Shown: positions 9,910 to 19,520, numbered from the stretch's first letter. The stretch is DNA of 64,000 nucleotides from an uncultured virus (IMG/VR IMGVR_UViG_3300020204_003072) (IMGVR_UViG_3300020204_003072:1-64000); one strand, 5' to 3'. Program-made: numbers and translations. Notes: generated by a model from the sequence alone, not told the origin.

Positions 9910-10230
9910 ATGGATAAAGGTTTAGTATTTTTACTAAGGAGAATTTCTCCAGAATATTTGAAACTACTGCTTGATGGTGAAATGGAAGATCAGCAACCTT
10001 GTTATTATAGAAATAGATTTGGTGAATATTTTGGAAAAGGTAAATATACAGAAGTTGTTCTTGAAGGTCTTTCTGATAACATATTTTATGTATATACAAA
10101 ACATAATCCAGCAACCGATGGTGATACAGAAAATGAAATTATAAGAGACATAGTTCAAAAAATATTTTTAAAAACTATAAAAAAATACTACGATGATGTT
10201 GATTGTAGTGAAGAAGAAGATGAAGATTAA
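9910..10230 (+). CDS. F-x-RR family small acidic protein
   Basis: Paralog of ORF 2813. Confidence 0.65.
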   Translation: MDKGLVFLLRRISPEYLKLLLDGEMEDQQPCYYRNRFGEYFGKGKYTEVVLEGLSDNIFYVYTKHNPATDGDTENEIIRDIVQKIFLKTIKKYYDDVDCSEEEDED

Positions 10231-10788
10231 ATGAAATATCTAATAACAGAAAAACAAGGATCCAGACTGAAAAGTCAACTTTCACAATCATTTGATGAAA
10301 TTGGTTTTATTAATACAATCGATAGATACAGATTATCAATACCTCAACTTGATAAAATTTATAGAAATTCAAAATTACCAGAATTTAGTTGTGATGATTT
10401 AAATGAAATTTGTTCTAAATTAATTTATGAAAGTGATGTCAAAAAACGGTACATTACAGGAGAATATTTTATTAGTTTAGATATGGACGATTTTGTAGGT
10501 TCAGTATATTTCAAAGTAACAGATAATGAAACAACAAATAGTCTTGATGGTTATGCAACACCTTATTGGGATGGTAAATGTTTTTTACCAATTGATACTG
10601 AATATTACAATTTTACAGATGATGACGGTGAAATAATCGATGAAGAAATAACTGGTCAGTACTATAAACAAATAAAATTACCGACCAAATTTGAAAGTTT
10701 TCAGGCAATAGTAGATTGGATGGAAAATGATTATATACAGTATTTAATTAATTTTTGTAAACAAACCTTTGAAGAATTGGAATCTTAA
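10231..10788 (+). CDS. Hypothetical protein with MKYLITEKQ leader
   Basis: ORF; leader motif. Confidence 0.7.
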   Translation: MKYLITEKQGSRLKSQLSQSFDEIGFINTIDRYRLSIPQLDKIYRNSKLPEFSCDDLNEICSKLIYESDVKKRYITGEYFISLDMDDFVGSVYFKVTDNETTNSLDGYATPYWDGKCFLPIDTEYYNFTDDDGEIIDEEITGQYYKQIKLPTKFESFQAIVDWMENDYIQYLINFCKQTFEELES

Positions 10789-10802
10789 TAATATTTATCT
10801 AT

Positions 10803-10916
10803 ATGAAAAAAGAAGAAACAAAGCCAAGGAACAGAAAAAATCTTTCAAAAACACTTAAAAGAATTGAAAAAAATTCTGAAATCCTTAGAAAATATCAACA
10901 AGAACTGAAAAATTAA
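10803..10916 (+). CDS. Small basic protein (37 aa, not in ORF track)
   Basis: TATTTAT 4 nt upstream; stop abuts next ATG. Confidence 0.55.
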   Translation: MKKEETKPRNRKNLSKTLKRIEKNSEILRKYQQELKN

Positions 10917-10918
10917 TT

Positions 10919-11452
10919 ATGACAAAAATATTAGTAACGGAAGACCAATACCAAAGATTAATAAAAAGAATTACAGAAGAAGCTGCCGGTTATGACGACT
11001 ATAATGTTATGGCTCATCACGGCGGTACTTCTATGAAAGTATTGATTGATACTTTTACAGATTTATCACAAGTTCTTAGAAGTATCGGATATATGTTAAA
11101 ATCTGAAAATATTGAATATGTTGATTTAAAAGAAAATTTATATGAAGCAATTGATTTAATTTCAGAAATTAATTCGGCAATGGATATTGTTTTCAAAGAT
11201 TTTACAGAAAAAGAATTAATTAGACTAGGTAAAATTTTACACAGAAAACTAGAATCTTATCAAGAAAAAATTAGAATAATGCTTAATATGGGTAAAGAAT
11301 TAATAACAAAAGAAACAATCATTGATAAACTTTTTGGCTTAACAATGAATGTTTATAGAGCTATGACAGATTATGCAGCCGAATTAAAAGTCACAGACAT
11401 TAAATTTCAAATAAGAATTGATAAAGGAAGCCCAAAAACCGATTTAAACTAA
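10919..11452 (+). CDS. Helical hypothetical protein with MTKILVTEDQY leader
   Basis: ORF; leader motif. Confidence 0.7.
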   Translation: MTKILVTEDQYQRLIKRITEEAAGYDDYNVMAHHGGTSMKVLIDTFTDLSQVLRSIGYMLKSENIEYVDLKENLYEAIDLISEINSAMDIVFKDFTEKELIRLGKILHRKLESYQEKIRIMLNMGKELITKETIIDKLFGLTMNVYRAMTDYAAELKVTDIKFQIRIDKGSPKTDLN

Positions 11453-11493
11453 TTTTTTTGGTTTTATAACATATTTATAAATAAATTAAAATT

Positions 11494-12816
11494 ATGAGTT
11501 ATTATAGAAGATTAATCGAAGAATCTGAAAAACAAAGAATTTTGGGTCTACACAATAGAGTTAAAAAAAATCCAACAACACGATTATTGAAAGAAGGTCT
11601 TTATGATTTCCCAATATGTGTTAGAAATGCTAACGGTGGAAAAGTAAATAACATACAATTACCACAAAAGGCTTTAAATTTTTTATATGAAAAAATAGGA
11701 TATAAAGGATCTACAATGTTTGAAGCGGTTGTTGTAAATGACCCAAGTACAAATTACACCTATTATTGGTTACATACACCATCTAAAATGGTTGTTAAAG
11801 TACCCAATGGAGATGGTGAAGTAATAATTCAATCATATAGTTGTAACTGTAAAAAAGTTATAAGTCGAAAATATGATGGTCAAAATAAAGAAGATATCCC
11901 TTGTTCTGGAAATAACCAACAAGGTAATCAACAAGGTGGTGGTAAAGACACTAATTGTAAAAGTAAAACTCCTTACAACGCTATTACCGATATGGGTATG
12001 AACTTTAAAGATGTTCAAGCTAAATGGATTGCGGCAAATTGTAACGGAACCACTCCTTGTATCAAAGGTGACGCAACAACCAATATAAATTTAAGAAACG
12101 CTTTTTGTGACGGAACTTGGAAACCAGATGGTTCTAAAAGTGATTTTCCATTACCAGGTGGTCAAATACCTGGTGGTGATGTTAAACTTCCAGATATAAA
12201 AGAAATACAAGCATGTTTTGGTAAAGTACAACTTGATATGCCATTTGAATGTAAAGGAACTGTAATGTCTACAACAGGAAATGTAGTAGGTGGTGGTTGT
12301 ATTAATGCTTTAATTAAAAGATTTGAAGAAATGCCACAAAAAATGTTAGAAGTAATTCTTTGTATTTTTGCTAAATTACAAATTCCTGAAACACTTTTAA
12401 GAATAGTAATTGACTATGTTACTAAAAATCCACAGATTATTATTGACATTATTAATAAGAATCCACAGATTATTATTGACATTATTACAAACAATCCTCA
12501 ATTAATAATTGATATTATAAGTAAAAACCCTCAATTAATAATTGATATTATTACTAAAAATCCAGATATCATAAAACAAATACCTATCGATAAATTACCA
12601 GATATTTTAAAACAAATACCTATTGAAAAATTACCAGAAATTATTAAAATACCTGGTATTCCAATCCAGTTACCGGGTGATAAAACTATTGAAGATATAT
12701 TAAAAGAATTTCCAGGAATGCCGATAGGTAAAATACCTGGTTTATTACCAGGGGATAAACAATATTCAGAAGAATATATAACACCAACATTTGAACAAAA
12801 ACCTAAAGCTGATTAA
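11494..12816 (+). CDS. Cys-rich protein with leader C and C-terminal 11-aa repeats
   Basis: IEESEKQRILGLH; DFPICVR domain; about 5 IIIDII.KNPQ-like repeats. Confidence 0.75.
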   Translation: MSYYRRLIEESEKQRILGLHNRVKKNPTTRLLKEGLYDFPICVRNANGGKVNNIQLPQKALNFLYEKIGYKGSTMFEAVVVNDPSTNYTYYWLHTPSKMVVKVPNGDGEVIIQSYSCNCKKVISRKYDGQNKEDIPCSGNNQQGNQQGGGKDTNCKSKTPYNAITDMGMNFKDVQAKWIAANCNGTTPCIKGDATTNINLRNAFCDGTWKPDGSKSDFPLPGGQIPGGDVKLPDIKEIQACFGKVQLDMPFECKGTVMSTTGNVVGGGCINALIKRFEEMPQKMLEVILCIFAKLQIPETLLRIVIDYVTKNPQIIIDIINKNPQIIIDIITNNPQLIIDIISKNPQLIIDIITKNPDIIKQIPIDKLPDILKQIPIEKLPEIIKIPGIPIQLPGDKTIEDILKEFPGMPIGKIPGLLPGDKQYSEEYITPTFEQKPKAD

Positions 12817-12828
12817 AAATTTATAGTT

Positions 12829-13656
12829 ATGAGTTATTATTTGAAAAATTTATTAAGTGAGTCTGAAAAAAGACGAATTTTAAATCTTCACGAAAATCGT
12901 AGAAAATACGAATGGAAAGGTTTGATTATGGAAGCAACTGAAGAAGAGGCTAAAAGTTTTTTTGAAAAAAGAAAAACAAAAATGAAAAATTTTCCACCAG
13001 TTGGAACTGTTATTGATTACGACGGGAAGGGTAATTTTGCATATAAAACAATAGACGCTAATAATAATCCATTATATTTATTTGCAGATGGTACAGCAAA
13101 AAATTCTACTGGTAAAACAGCTACAAATAGATGGTACGGTCAATTAAGTCCAGACGAAGTGGCCCTTGATAAAATGCCCACACTAAAACCAACTCTAATA
13201 GAACCTAAAATAGACTTAAATACATTAAGTTCAACACCTAAAGGTTCTGAACCCCAAGGAATGATGACAGGTAAAGAAATTAATCAAAGTAGAAGAGAGT
13301 TAAAAAGAAAAATAAAATCTGCAAAAAAACAATTTAAAAGTGAAAATAAAAAAAATAAACAAAGTTGTTTAGCCTACTTTAAAAATTGGGTAAACGATTG
13401 GAACCAGAAGGATGAAGCATTACAAGTTATTGTTAAAGAAACATCACCACAATACAATAGTTACGTAAAATTTTTAAGTTCTTGTTGTGATATTTTGAAT
13501 GAAAATGGAAAACAACCAGCTCTTTATGGGCTTTGTTCTACTAAAGGTGTAGAACCAGAAACAATCGTTAAGTCTTATAAAACGAAAACAGGTGGTTCTG
13601 GATTGGGTGCAATGGAAATAGAAAATCAAACCTATGAAAATTTAGGATTACAATAA
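12829..13656 (+). CDS. Hypothetical protein with leader C
   Basis: MSYY...LSESEKRRILNLH. Confidence 0.7.
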   Translation: MSYYLKNLLSESEKRRILNLHENRRKYEWKGLIMEATEEEAKSFFEKRKTKMKNFPPVGTVIDYDGKGNFAYKTIDANNNPLYLFADGTAKNSTGKTATNRWYGQLSPDEVALDKMPTLKPTLIEPKIDLNTLSSTPKGSEPQGMMTGKEINQSRRELKRKIKSAKKQFKSENKKNKQSCLAYFKNWVNDWNQKDEALQVIVKETSPQYNSYVKFLSSCCDILNENGKQPALYGLCSTKGVEPETIVKSYKTKTGGSGLGAMEIENQTYENLGLQ

Positions 13657-13684
13657 AAAAAAGGGACTTAAGTCCCTTTTTTTT
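13655..13684. terminator. Bidirectional intrinsic terminator
   Basis: A-run GGGACTTAAGTCCC T-run between convergent genes. Confidence 0.75.
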
Positions 13685-14109
13685 TACTCAACTCCCAAAA
13701 GTTCTAAATCAAAAAAAAGTTTTTGTCCTGCTAAAGGATGATTTGCATCCAAAACAACAACATTTTCTTTTACTTTAACAACTTTCACAATTACTGGACC
13801 GTTAGGACCAAATGTTTGTAACATAGCACCTTCTTGTACATCTTGTGGTACACGATCTTTAGGTATTTCAGTAATCAATTCATTATTATAATCACCATAC
13901 GCTTCTGTATGTGGTATTTCTACCGTTTTTTTATCACCAACAGTCATATCAATTAACCCAGATTCAAAACCAGGAATTAATTGTCCTTGACCTAACGTTG
14001 CTTTAAGTGGTTCACGACCTTCATTTAATGAAGAATCAAATACAGAACCATCTTCCAATCTACCTGTGTAATTTACAGTCACAGTACTGTTTAGACTTAC
14101 TTTGCTCAT
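13684..14109 (-). CDS. FKBP-type peptidyl-prolyl isomerase (SlyD/FkpB-like with IF domain)
   Basis: VNYTGRLEDGSVFDSS...LIPGFE...DANHPLAGQKL.F. Confidence 0.93.
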   Translation of the reverse strand: MSKVSLNSTVTVNYTGRLEDGSVFDSSLNEGREPLKATLGQGQLIPGFESGLIDMTVGDKKTVEIPHTEAYGDYNNELITEIPKDRVPQDVQEGAMLQTFGPNGPVIVKVVKVKENVVVLDANHPLAGQKLFFDLELLGVE

Positions 14110-14328
14110 AATATTTTTTTTATTAAGGATAGTTTATTTTAATTTAAATGTAAAACATTATGGTTAAAATAATATTACAAATAATATTCAATATTTGACA
14201 CCAAATTGAAAAAGAAATTGTTTTATACAATAGACCTTTTTTCTTGAAAAGTAAAAAATCTAAAAAAAATTTTTTCATAATAAAAAGTATTTATAATAAT
14301 ATACTTATAAATTTTTAAAAAACCAACT

Positions 14329-14937
14329 TTGAAATCCTTAACTGATAAAATTGTTTCTTATTTAACTTTCGGTATAAATCTGGATATTTTACCAATAGAC
14401 AATAAAAATAAAAAAGAAGAAAAACCAGAAGAAAATTCAAAACTACCATCTAAAATACAGTCGGCAATCGATAAACTTAAAACAGATTGGGGTGTTGAAA
14501 TTACACAAAAACATATAGACAAAGAATTAGAACAAGAAGGTTCTTGGAAAGAAGACGCTGGAAGTGTAAACCAACAAGCACTAACAAATATAAATAAATT
14601 AATAAAAGATTGTAATTCTAAATTTGGGTACCAAGGTGGTATAGCTTCTGGGTATCGAAGTTATAACGACCAAGTTAAAAATTTTGGTAGAAAAGTAAAA
14701 GAAGATGGTCGATCAATTGATAATGTACAAGCTTCTAATACAATCCCAGGATTCAGTGAACATCACACAGGTAAAGCCTTTGATATTTTTAGTACTGAAG
14801 AATCTTGGTGGGATGCAAGACCAAAAGTAAAAAATTGGGTTGCAGATAATGCTAGTAATTATGGTTTTAGAGTTACATATAAAACACCTGGTACATTAAG
14901 GGTTGTGGAACCTTGGCATTTGTATTATACTAAATAA
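14329..14937 (+). CDS. M15B D-Ala-D-Ala carboxypeptidase (VanY-like)
   Basis: SGYRSY..Q, PGFSEHHTGKAFD, EPWH motifs; TTG start uncertain. Confidence 0.85.
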   Translation: MKSLTDKIVSYLTFGINLDILPIDNKNKKEEKPEENSKLPSKIQSAIDKLKTDWGVEITQKHIDKELEQEGSWKEDAGSVNQQALTNINKLIKDCNSKFGYQGGIASGYRSYNDQVKNFGRKVKEDGRSIDNVQASNTIPGFSEHHTGKAFDIFSTEESWWDARPKVKNWVADNASNYGFRVTYKTPGTLRVVEPWHLYYTK

Positions 14938-14945
14938 TTATAGAT

Positions 14946-15521
14946 ATGAAAAAAATTATAAAAGAATCGGATTCAACATCACTTGTTAATAAGTTAGTAT
15001 CTTTTTTAACTTCTGGGTTAAATTTAACTGATTTAACATTAGGTTCGGAAAAAGATGATACACAAATTTCTAAACCATCTTTATCTGATGATGAAGTGTA
15101 TGAAGCAATACTAACTGGTGTTGGTGCTCCAATAACAAAAGAAAATATGAAATTTATGTATGCTTGGAGACAAGGTGAAGGAGCAAAAGCAGCATTTAAC
15201 CCATTTAACACAACGAAGAAAAAAGAAAAATCAACATTTTATAATTGTCTTAGTAGAAAAGATGGTAAATGTAATGGTGGTGTTAGAAACTATAGTAGTC
15301 AACAAGAAGGTATTGATGCAACAATAGAAACTTTAAAATTAAGTTATTATACTTGTATTACAGATGGTCTTAAAAATGACATTGGTGCTAAAAAAATTGC
15401 AAGACAATGTAAAAGTGCTTTGAAGACTTGGGGTACTGGTGAACTTGTTGCTAAAGTTTTAGACGGTAACAAATTAAGTCCTTCACCAATACCAACATCC
15501 ACAACTAAAACAGTAACATAA
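14946..15521 (+). CDS. Putative lysozyme-fold cell-wall hydrolase
   Basis: AWRQGEG..AAFNPFNTT...GVRNY.S..EG..AT pattern; adjacent to M15 peptidase. Confidence 0.5.
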   Translation: MKKIIKESDSTSLVNKLVSFLTSGLNLTDLTLGSEKDDTQISKPSLSDDEVYEAILTGVGAPITKENMKFMYAWRQGEGAKAAFNPFNTTKKKEKSTFYNCLSRKDGKCNGGVRNYSSQQEGIDATIETLKLSYYTCITDGLKNDIGAKKIARQCKSALKTWGTGELVAKVLDGNKLSPSPIPTSTTKTVT

Positions 15522-15736
15522 TGTTAAAGTTTTCCAAATACTTAATTATACAATTAATGAACAAGTATGGTTCATTTATGTGGTTTGGAACGCACGTATC
15601 TATGACTCAAACAGATTGGCATTGGTTGTTTGAAACTTTTTTATGTATTTTTGTTAATTTATTAGTTATTTTTTCTTTATATTTGCAATACAAAGAAGAA
15701 GAAAATGAAAAACTACAAAAAACTAACAATACCTAA
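15521..15736 (+). CDS. Small membrane protein
   Basis: Hydrophobic segments; overlaps both neighbours. Confidence 0.55.
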   Translation: MLKFSKYLIIQLMNKYGSFMWFGTHVSMTQTDWHWLFETFLCIFVNLLVIFSLYLQYKEEENEKLQKTNNT

Positions 15737-16295
15737 AGATTCTGCTTGGAATAGAAAAGGGGTTTTACCATTCTTGTGGCGAAAAACACATTGGAGAATA
15801 CGATATTTTATTGGCGGAATAAAAAATATCTTTAGATGGATGCCAACTTTATATAAAGATAAAGATTGGGACGATTGGTATATTTTAACAATCTTACAAA
15901 AGAAAATAGAATTTCAGAGAAAAGAAATAATCTATGCAAATCGTCACATTAATGTTGATAGAGATAATCGTGATATGACAATTGTTTTAAACCTCATTGA
16001 AAGAGTTAAAGACGAATTCTATAATACTGAATATCTAAATTACGAAGAATCTAAATTTAGATTTGAACCTGTTGAAGATAATGAAAACTTCCGTTTTTTG
16101 GAAGTTGACGTTTTATCTGAAAGATATGATGATTTTTTAAAAAAATATCAATCAAGCGTTCGTAAAGTATTAAAAGAAAGACCCAATTTAGATAAAAAAG
16201 ATTTATGTTTTTATGTTTCAAAACATAATCAAGAAAAAGCACATAACTTATTGTTTAAAATCTTAAAAGAAAGAATGAAATGGTGGTGGGATTAA
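15705..16295 (+). CDS. Hypothetical phage protein
   Basis: ORF ending WWWD. Confidence 0.7.
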   Translation: MKNYKKLTIPKDSAWNRKGVLPFLWRKTHWRIRYFIGGIKNIFRWMPTLYKDKDWDDWYILTILQKKIEFQRKEIIYANRHINVDRDNRDMTIVLNLIERVKDEFYNTEYLNYEESKFRFEPVEDNENFRFLEVDVLSERYDDFLKKYQSSVRKVLKERPNLDKKDLCFYVSKHNQEKAHNLLFKILKERMKWWWD

Positions 16296-16477
16296 AAGTA
16301 TATAAAGTAAAAGATAAAGAAACCTATAAAAAATTAAATTCTTTACTTGTTGGTTGGTGTTTTTTTAGACACGAAGGTGATGACTATTACATTAAAGCGC
16401 CTTCTAATAAAACAATAAAAGAATTAATAGAAAATGGTTCAATTACGGAATTAAATCAAACGAAGATTGAAGTATAA
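16280..16477 (+). CDS. Small hypothetical protein
   Basis: ORF overlapping previous stop. Confidence 0.5.
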   Translation: MVVGLKVYKVKDKETYKKLNSLLVGWCFFRHEGDDYYIKAPSNKTIKELIENGSITELNQTKIEV

Positions 16478-16721
16478 TTTGTTTTTTATCGCCAACAACA
16501 TTCCAAGCTCTTTGTATTAATAATTCAAGAGCTGATGGAAATAGTAAATCAACCTTTTCTGGTTCATCTAAATATAAGTTTACGCTTATCAAGTAAGAAT
16601 CCTTACTTCTTACATACGTTAAATTACTTATTGTAATATAACTATTTTGTCCAAAAAATTCTTCCAAATCTCTTTTAAATTGTTTGTCTATAATTTTCTG
16701 TAGATATTTTTTATACTTCAT
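16443..16721 (-). CDS. Hypothetical protein
   Basis: Minus-strand TATTTAT just upstream. Confidence 0.65.
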   Translation of the reverse strand: MKYKKYLQKIIDKQFKRDLEEFFGQNSYITISNLTYVRSKDSYLISVNLYLDEPEKVDLLFPSALELLIQRAWNVVGDKKQIILQSSFDLIP

Positions 16722-16801
16722 TTAATAAATAATAACCTATGAATGTTTATTTGACAAGTAAAAAACAAAACCTCAATTAATTTCTAACGTATTTATTGTA
16801 T

Positions 16802-17395
16802 ATGAAAATATTGTTATCAACATTTTTAATTTTTATAAGTTTAATTGGGTTTACACAATGTAATGGTACACAATCTTTTACTTTAACACCCCCAGCAGTG
16901 GGTGGTACTTATTTACCAGGACAAGTTATTACAATGTGTTATACAATGAACGGATATACTCAGGCTGGTATTAACTGGATTGAAGGTTTTGATTTAACTT
17001 TAGGTTCTGGTTGGTCATCTGTTGTACCACAATCAGCACCTTTAAACTGTGGTGGTAACGCAACCGGCGGACAATGGACTTGGATGACTTCTGTAACATC
17101 AACAACAACACCAATACAAACCGTGGGTCCTGGTTATTTCTTCGATTTAACAATAGATGGAAACCCAGGTAATGATTTTGGTGACGCAGGAAGTTGTGTA
17201 TGGACATTCTGTGTCACTTTGACTGTTGCAAATGTATGTACACCCCAAAATTTATTAATTCAAGTCACACCAGGGTCTGATGGTCTATGGGGAAGCTATA
17301 TTAGTTCTTCTTGTGATTTGGCAACACCATTTAATGTCTTTAACGGAACAATAAACACAGTTCCAATAGTATTGGGACCAATAAACCATAATTAA
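16802..17395 (+). CDS. Secreted beta-rich Cys/Thr/Gly protein
   Basis: Sec signal MKILLSTFLIFISLIGFTQ; C-terminus LGPINHN. Confidence 0.75.
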   Translation: MKILLSTFLIFISLIGFTQCNGTQSFTLTPPAVGGTYLPGQVITMCYTMNGYTQAGINWIEGFDLTLGSGWSSVVPQSAPLNCGGNATGGQWTWMTSVTSTTTPIQTVGPGYFFDLTIDGNPGNDFGDAGSCVWTFCVTLTVANVCTPQNLLIQVTPGSDGLWGSYISSSCDLATPFNVFNGTINTVPIVLGPINHN

Positions 17396-17401
17396 TCTAT
17401 C

Positions 17402-17983
17402 ATGAAAAAACTTTTATTTATTTTAATGATGATGATTTCGGGGATTTCATTGTCACAACTATCAACAACAAACCCAGATACGGTTTGTTATCAATCAACA
17501 ACTCTTTCTACTTATACTGTACCATCTGTTGGATTAGGAACATATACTTGGACTGTTACAGCACCTGGTGTTATCACAGCAGGTCAAGGTACTAACTCAA
17601 TTTCTGTTAACTGGTCGGCAGCAGCCCCTGGACTAATCACAAATGGTGTATCTGTAACTTATTCTTCACCTCCACCAGCTAACTGTCCTGCAACACCGGT
17701 TAATTTAAATGTATTAATATACCAAGTTATACCAACAATTACTGCTTTAGGGCCATTTTGTGAATCAGATCCTTGTGTAACTTTAGTTGGAACACCGGTA
17801 GGAAGTACTTGGTCTGGTACTGGGGTAGTTGGTAACCAATTTTGCCCAGATAACGTAACAAATGGAACAAATGCAACCTCAACAGTGACATATACTGTAA
17901 GTTCTGGTGGTTGTACATTCTCAACATCAGTTGTTGTACCAGTATATGGAACACCAACATTATCGCCTATACAACATAATTAA
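17402..17983 (+). CDS. Secreted PKD/Ig-like protein
   Basis: Signal peptide; YTWTV...GQGTNSISVNW; C-terminus LSPIQHN. Confidence 0.75.
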   Translation: MKKLLFILMMMISGISLSQLSTTNPDTVCYQSTTLSTYTVPSVGLGTYTWTVTAPGVITAGQGTNSISVNWSAAAPGLITNGVSVTYSSPPPANCPATPVNLNVLIYQVIPTITALGPFCESDPCVTLVGTPVGSTWSGTGVVGNQFCPDNVTNGTNATSTVTYTVSSGGCTFSTSVVVPVYGTPTLSPIQHN

Positions 17984-18549
17984 TGAGATTATTGTTATTT
18001 GTATCTTTTTTATGTCTTTCTTTGACCACATATTGTCAACATATGTTTGAATTGTGTGATGGTGAAAGTAAAACAGTCACTTATACGTCAAATTATGGTG
18101 GTTTCGGTACAAATACGTGGACAGTTAATGGAATTGTGTATAATAGTGAAGACTTAACATACACATTTACACAAACTGGAACATATAATATAGTATTGAG
18201 GCGTGAAAATGTTATTTGTTATGTTGAAGAATCAATACAAGTTGAAGTAACAGACTGTCCAAGAGTAGTTTATTGGGTACCTAACTGTTTTACTCCAGAT
18301 GGAAATGAAAATAATCAATTATATGGTCCAGTTATGATTAGTGGATTTGATATAAATGGGTTTGAATTTACCATTTTTAATCGTTGGGGTAACATTGTGT
18401 GGAAATCTAATGACCCAAATGGTCGTTGGAACGGTACATTCAACAATAAAATGTGCACAGATGGTGTTTATATATGGAAATTAGTGTTTAATATCTTTGG
18501 AAACGACAAAAAAATACAAAATCACGGTCATTTGACGTTAATTAGGTAA
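17983..18549 (+). CDS. Secreted protein with gliding-motility-associated (T9SS type B, CHU_C-like) C-terminal domain
   Basis: VPNCFTPDGNENN...F.IFNRWG..VW...WNG...DGVY.W...G.LTLIR. Confidence 0.88.
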   Translation: MRLLLFVSFLCLSLTTYCQHMFELCDGESKTVTYTSNYGGFGTNTWTVNGIVYNSEDLTYTFTQTGTYNIVLRRENVICYVEESIQVEVTDCPRVVYWVPNCFTPDGNENNQLYGPVMISGFDINGFEFTIFNRWGNIVWKSNDPNGRWNGTFNNKMCTDGVYIWKLVFNIFGNDKKIQNHGHLTLIR

Positions 18550-18597
18550 AAATAAGGTTATAGACTGTTTTTTTTGCTAAATTTTAAGTTTTCAACC

Positions 18598-19038
18598 TTA
18601 AAACTCGTCATTTTTAATGTTTATTTCTTGAATTTTCAGTATTTTGACGTTTTTTCCCTTATTTTTAACCGTAATTTCCATTTCATTAGGGTAAAGTATG
18701 TTATTTTCGATAGTTTCTTCAATATCTACTTCTTTTTTGGGTATTTTTGTTGTAATTAGGTAGTATTTTTCCCCACATCTAGTACAAAATGAGTGATTTG
18801 ACAGTAATTCTGTCCTATTTTTGCTTAAATGTGACCCAATTTCGTCTAAATTAATGTCTTTTTTGTCATCTACGACTAAAATTCGGTATCCTTTTTGTGT
18901 TTTTGGTAGGTTTTAAGCCCATTTTAGGTAGTATTTTACCTCATTTTCGGCCTCTTTTTGGTTGAAATCCATTGATTTTAGGGTAGAAATTAGGGTTTTT
19001 TTACTAATTATTTCACTTAAAACAGGTAAAATCTTCAT
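18598..19038 (-). pseudogene. ADP-ribosyltransferase-like gene broken by an in-frame TAA at 18913-18915
   Basis: Manual translation: MKILPVLSE...WA*NLPK..GYRIL...IGSHLS...YPNEMEITV (R, S, ExE order); TATTTAT 4 nt upstream. Confidence 0.6.
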
Positions 19039-19055
19039 ATATATAAATAATTTAT

Positions 19056-19211
19056 TTATCCCTTTTTCTTATTGTATTTGATTTCCACTTCATATGGACC
19101 AGAATTTGACTTATAATTGTCATATTTCCAGATTAAAGTACAATCTTCGTGGGTAATAACACGTTCAAATACCTTACGTTCTATTTGTTTTTTAACTTTC
19201 TTATCACTCAT
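19056..19211 (-). CDS. Small hypothetical protein (51 aa, not in ORF track)
   Basis: MSDKKVKKQIER...KKKG*; TATATTTG upstream on minus strand. Confidence 0.6.
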   Translation of the reverse strand: MSDKKVKKQIERKVFERVITHEDCTLIWKYDNYKSNSGPYEVEIKYNKKKG

Positions 19212-19286
19212 AAAGTACAAATATAGTAATTTTTCTTTAAAAAAAGAAACCCCTCTTTTGGAGGGGAGTTAAAAACTGATAAAATG

Positions 19287-19520
19287 TTATTCTTGGGACT
19301 CTTTATCGTCTTCTTTAAAGAAATTTGTAAGAAACTTACCAACAACACCGAATACAATCGATGATACAATCATAATTTTGATTTCTTGTGTTGTAAAAAT
19401 TTCTTTTAACGTGTCATACTGCCAAACACCACCAACCGCAACAATTGCAGCGGCAGCCAGTAATCCGTCCCCTAATTTTCTCCACTTTTTTGGTGTGGGT
19501 TTCCAATAATGTTTCATCAT
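19287..19520 (-). CDS. Two-TM membrane protein, holin-like
   Basis: Basic N-terminus (TPKKWRK), two hydrophobic helices, charged C-tail. Confidence 0.55.
   Translation of the reverse strand: MMKHYWKPTPKKWRKLGDGLLAAAAIVAVGGVWQYDTLKEIFTTQEIKIMIVSSIVFGVVGKFLTNFFKEDDKESQE

Noticed and set aside
18574..18759. Plus-strand Phe-rich 61-aa ORF
   Set aside because: Antisense to the ART-like pseudogene, which explains the region better.
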